This document shows positions 60,903 through 64,000 of a stretch of 64,000 nucleotides of DNA, piece after piece. A program made the translations under genes and the position numbers. Each line of letters begins with the position of its first letter. Within the stretch, counting starts at the first letter, position 1. This stretch comes from an uncultured Gammaproteobacteria bacterium. GTDB lineage: Bacteria > Patescibacteriota > Patescibacteriia > Patescibacteriales > GWC2-42-12. The stretch is from positions 14,339-78,338 of the forward strand of contig CAYXNZ010000002.1 of the NCBI GenBank assembly GCA_964467155.1, read 5' to 3'. The notes under the pieces are model-generated. The model saw only the letters and a list, made by a program, of their open reading frames with translations. It was not told the DNA's origin and ran no database searches.

Positions 60903-62065
60903 AAAAAGTATTAATTTTTTCAACTGCATATTTTCCTTTTGTTGGTGGCGCAGAAGTGGCCGTGAAAGAAATTACCGACAGAATGGATGAGATTTCCGCC
61001 AGAGGCGGATCAATTTCTGACTGGAAATTTGACATGATAACAACTCGTATGAATAGGCGAGTTACTGCCTTTGAAAAGATTGGTAATGTAAATGTGCACA
61101 GAATTGGTATTGGTTGGCCATTGTTTGATAAGTATTTTTTAGCTTTTTTTGGACATTTTTATGCTATTGAATTACATAGAAAAAATAAATATGATTTGAT
61201 TTGGTCAATTATGGCTAGTTATGCAGGATTTGCTGCAATGTTTTTTAAAAAAAAATCAAAAATTCCCTTTTTGTTAACATTACAAGAAGGAGATTCTTTG
61301 GAATATATAAATAAACGAACTAGATTATTAAAACAATCATTCAGACAAATATTTATAAGAGCAGATTATATTCAATGCATTAGTAATTTTTTAGCTGATT
61401 GGGCGAGAAAAATGGGTGCTAATTGTTCAATAAAAGTTGTACCTAACGCAGTTGATATTGATAATTTCAACCAACATATAATTGTAGGTGAATTGAATAA
61501 ATTAAAAACTGACTTAGGTAAAAAAGAAAACGATATCTTTTTGATTCATGATGGACGATTAGTTCTTAAAAACGCTCTTGATGATATTATAAAAGCTTTG
61601 TCTTATTTACCTGATAATGTTAAGTTTTTGTCAGTTGGTTCTGGCTCTGATTTAAATAAACTCAAAAAAATAGCTAAAGATTTGAAGGTAGAAAAAAGAG
61701 TTATTTTTATTAATTATGTTAATCACAAGGAGTTGCCAAAATATTTAAGAATATCAGATATTTTTGTCCGACCTTCGCTTTCCGAAGGGCTGGGCAACTC
61801 TTTTTTAGAAGCTATGGCAGCTGAGATACCTGTGATCGCCACACCGGTTGGTGGTATTCCTGATTTTCTGAAAGATGGTGAAACTGGTTTATTTTGCGAA
61901 GTGCGAAATCCAAAGAGCATTGCTAAAAAAATTAAGTTAATTTTAAGCGATAAGGAGTTGAGTCATAGGTTAATAGTTAATGCCAAAAAAATGGTTTTAA
62001 CTAAATATGATTGGAATATTATTTCATGTGACATGAATAAAATATTTTGTAATTTAATTAAATAA
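60899..62065 (+). CDS. GT4 glycosyltransferase with an in-frame 30-nt palindrome insertion
   Basis: [25 protein letters not shown]; insertion encodes [10 protein letters not shown]. Confidence 0.94.
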   Translation: MKKVLIFSTAYFPFVGGAEVAVKEITDRMDEISARGGSISDWKFDMITTRMNRRVTAFEKIGNVNVHRIGIGWPLFDKYFLAFFGHFYAIELHRKNKYDLIWSIMASYAGFAAMFFKKKSKIPFLLTLQEGDSLEYINKRTRLLKQSFRQIFIRADYIQCISNFLADWARKMGANCSIKVVPNAVDIDNFNQHIIVGELNKLKTDLGKKENDIFLIHDGRLVLKNALDDIIKALSYLPDNVKFLSVGSGSDLNKLKKIAKDLKVEKRVIFINYVNHKELPKYLRISDIFVRPSLSEGLGNSFLEAMAAEIPVIATPVGGIPDFLKDGETGLFCEVRNPKSIAKKIKLILSDKELSHRLIVNAKKMVLTKYDWNIISCDMNKIFCNLIK

Positions 62066-62070
62066 AAATT

Positions 62071-62601
62071 ATGAGTAACAAAACAAAAATTATTATTGCT
62101 GTAGCAATAATTCTCTTGGCAGCAGCCTCAAGATTAATTGAGCATCCTTTTAACTTTACACCGATCGTGGCGATGTCAATTTTCGCTGGTTGTTATCTGA
62201 AAAAATACTGGGCAATAGCTTTGCCATTAGGCGCTATGTTAATTAGTGATTATTTTATTGGATTTTACGATTGGCAGGTAATGGCTTCAGTTTATGCAAG
62301 CATTACCGTTGCTTTTGGCATCGGTTGGTTGTTATCAAAGCGTTTAAAATGGTACAACGTTGGCTTATCGGCTTTAGTCGCTTCAGTCGCATTTTTTGTT
62401 TTAACTAACCTGGCTGTTTGGGCATTTTTTAGTTGGTATCCGCATACTTGGGCCGGATTATTAAATTGTTTCACTTTGGCTTTACCATTTTTTAGAAACA
62501 CTTTAGCTGGCAATATTGTTTATGCTGGTGTTTTCTTCGGCGCTTACGAATTAGTAAATGTTTTAGCGTTCAGACTAAAAGAAACTAAACAAGGAATATA
62601 A
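62071..62601 (+). CDS. DUF6580-like putative transporter membrane protein
   Basis: HPFNFTPI, FFVLTNLAVW, LPFFRNTL. Confidence 0.75.
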   Translation: MSNKTKIIIAVAIILLAAASRLIEHPFNFTPIVAMSIFAGCYLKKYWAIALPLGAMLISDYFIGFYDWQVMASVYASITVAFGIGWLLSKRLKWYNVGLSALVASVAFFVLTNLAVWAFFSWYPHTWAGLLNCFTLALPFFRNTLAGNIVYAGVFFGAYELVNVLAFRLKETKQGI

Positions 62602-62604
62602 AGA

Positions 62605-63036
62605 ATGCTAGAATTTTTATTTAAAATTGCCATAAAACATAAACGAATTATTAAATATATTATATCTGGCACTACGGCTTTTTCTGTTGACATCCTCTTT
62701 ATTTATGTTTTAACTGAATGGTTTTATGTCTGGTATTTATTATCGGCAGTTTTAGCATTCACGGTAGCTTTTTTTGTGAGTTTTTATTTGCAGAAATTCT
62801 GGACATTTCGTGATAACGATAGAAAGAAAATTTACAAGCAGATGGGTTTATATTTAATTATTGGTTTACTAAACCTTGTTATTAATACTGGATTTATGTA
62901 TTTACTGGTTGATGTTTTTGGCATCTGGTATTTATTCGCACAGGTAATCATGTGCGGTAGTATTGGGCTTTACAGTTTTTTAATTTATAACTTTTTAATT
63001 TTTAATAATAAAAAATGCCAAGAGATGGAAAAATAA
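62605..63036 (+). CDS. GtrA family protein
   Basis: KYIISG, four TM, QKFWTF. Confidence 0.9.
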   Translation: MLEFLFKIAIKHKRIIKYIISGTTAFSVDILFIYVLTEWFYVWYLLSAVLAFTVAFFVSFYLQKFWTFRDNDRKKIYKQMGLYLIIGLLNLVINTGFMYLLVDVFGIWYLFAQVIMCGSIGLYSFLIYNFLIFNNKKCQEMEK

Positions 63037-64000
63037 ACCCCCACAACCCAGCTGTTTTGGGTGGGGGGGTAAAAATTTTAATAGCCACCGGAATTTATCC
63101 GCCCGATATCGGTGGACCAGCGACAATGTTGGGAAATTTGGTCATTTCACTTATTGAGAAAGATTTTTTTGTTAGAGTGATAACTTATTCAAAAAAGTTA
63201 TCTGTGGATTATGTCAGCGCTAACGAACCAAATGTTTATCGGGTAATAAAAAGCAAGAGTAATATAATAAATTATATTAAATATTTTTTTAAGCTTCTGC
63301 AATTATCTTTTTGGTCAGATATTATTTATGTAACAGAGACTTATAGTGTTGGTTATTTTGTTTATTTAATAAAAAAAATATTTAGAAAAAAATACATTGT
63401 TCGTTTTGCCGGCGATAGCGCCTGGGAAGCGTCAATGTCTGGTGGTTTGGTTAGTGATAATATTATTGAATTTCAAAATAAAACATATTCTAGTGAAGTT
63501 GAAAAATTGAAGAAAAAAAGAAAAAAGATTTTGCAAAATGCGGATGGTGTTATCGCGGTAAGTGAATTTATGGTTGAGTTGTTAAAAAAGATTGGCATAA
63601 ACGAAAATAAGATTAAGATGATATATAATTCAATTGATTTTTTTAATGAAAAAAATGTTAGCGATAGTGATGTTGATAAAATAAGAGCTAAATACGGGCA
63701 AGGCGCGAAAATAATTGTCACATCTTGCCGCTTAACCCGATGGAAAGGTGTAAGCGATATAATAGAGACATTGCCACGAGTCAAGAAAAAAATCGGCGCG
63801 GTTAAATTTATCGTATTAGGAGACGGGCCGGAAATGGAAAATTTAAAAAAAACAGCTAAAAAATCAGGCGTTGAATCTGACGTTGACTTTATCGGCAAAG
63901 TCCAAGAAGAAGACACTTTTGCTTTTATTAAAGTAGCCGATTTATATGTTTTAAATTCTTCTTATGAAGGATTATCACACGCATTATTAAATGCTATGCG
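63015..64000 (+). CDS. GT4 glycosyltransferase (runs off the window; absent from the ORF track)
   Basis: manual translation: KILIATGIYPPDIGGPAT...RLTRWKG...GDGPE...YEGLSHALLNAM. Confidence 0.9.
   Translation, partial: MPRDGKINPHNPAVLGGGVKILIATGIYPPDIGGPATMLGNLVISLIEKDFFVRVITYSKKLSVDYVSANEPNVYRVIKSKSNIINYIKYFFKLLQLSFWSDIIYVTETYSVGYFVYLIKKIFRKKYIVRFAGDSAWEASMSGGLVSDNIIEFQNKTYSSEVEKLKKKRKKILQNADGVIAVSEFMVELLKKIGINENKIKMIYNSIDFFNEKNVSDSDVDKIRAKYGQGAKIIVTSCRLTRWKGVSDIIETLPRVKKKIGAVKFIVLGDGPEMENLKKTAKKSGVESDVDFIGKVQEEDTFAFIKVADLYVLNSSYEGLSHALLNAM

Overview
AT-rich chromosomal segment, most consistent with a Patescibacteria/CPR (Parcubacteria-like) genome: no rpmD between rpsE and rplO, ribosomal proteins with long charged extensions, and core genes mostly lacking Shine-Dalgarno motifs. 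It holds the S10-spc ribosomal cluster through secY/adk/map, aspS/asnS, scpAB, tpiA/fba/gap, three tRNAs plus rpmG, gyrB, rodA, pilins, prmC-prfA-rpmE, rpsB-tsf and a nucleotide-sugar/glycosyltransferase cluster. Most notable: (1) a complete ~3.1 kb diversity-generating retroelement (target+VR, TR, avd, RT) bracketed by tRNA-Trp 3'-end direct repeats with no integrase, whose avd is inverted and appears split from its start codon by a G10/C10 homopolymer (candidate phase-variable switch); (2) a separate decayed retron-like RT with an apparently intact a1/a2-bounded ncRNA; (3) several families of short GC-rich palindromic elements inserted into coding genes, into a tRNA fragment, into each other, and around a DUF559-like endonuclease. 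All calls come from reading the sequence; no searches or folding programs were run.
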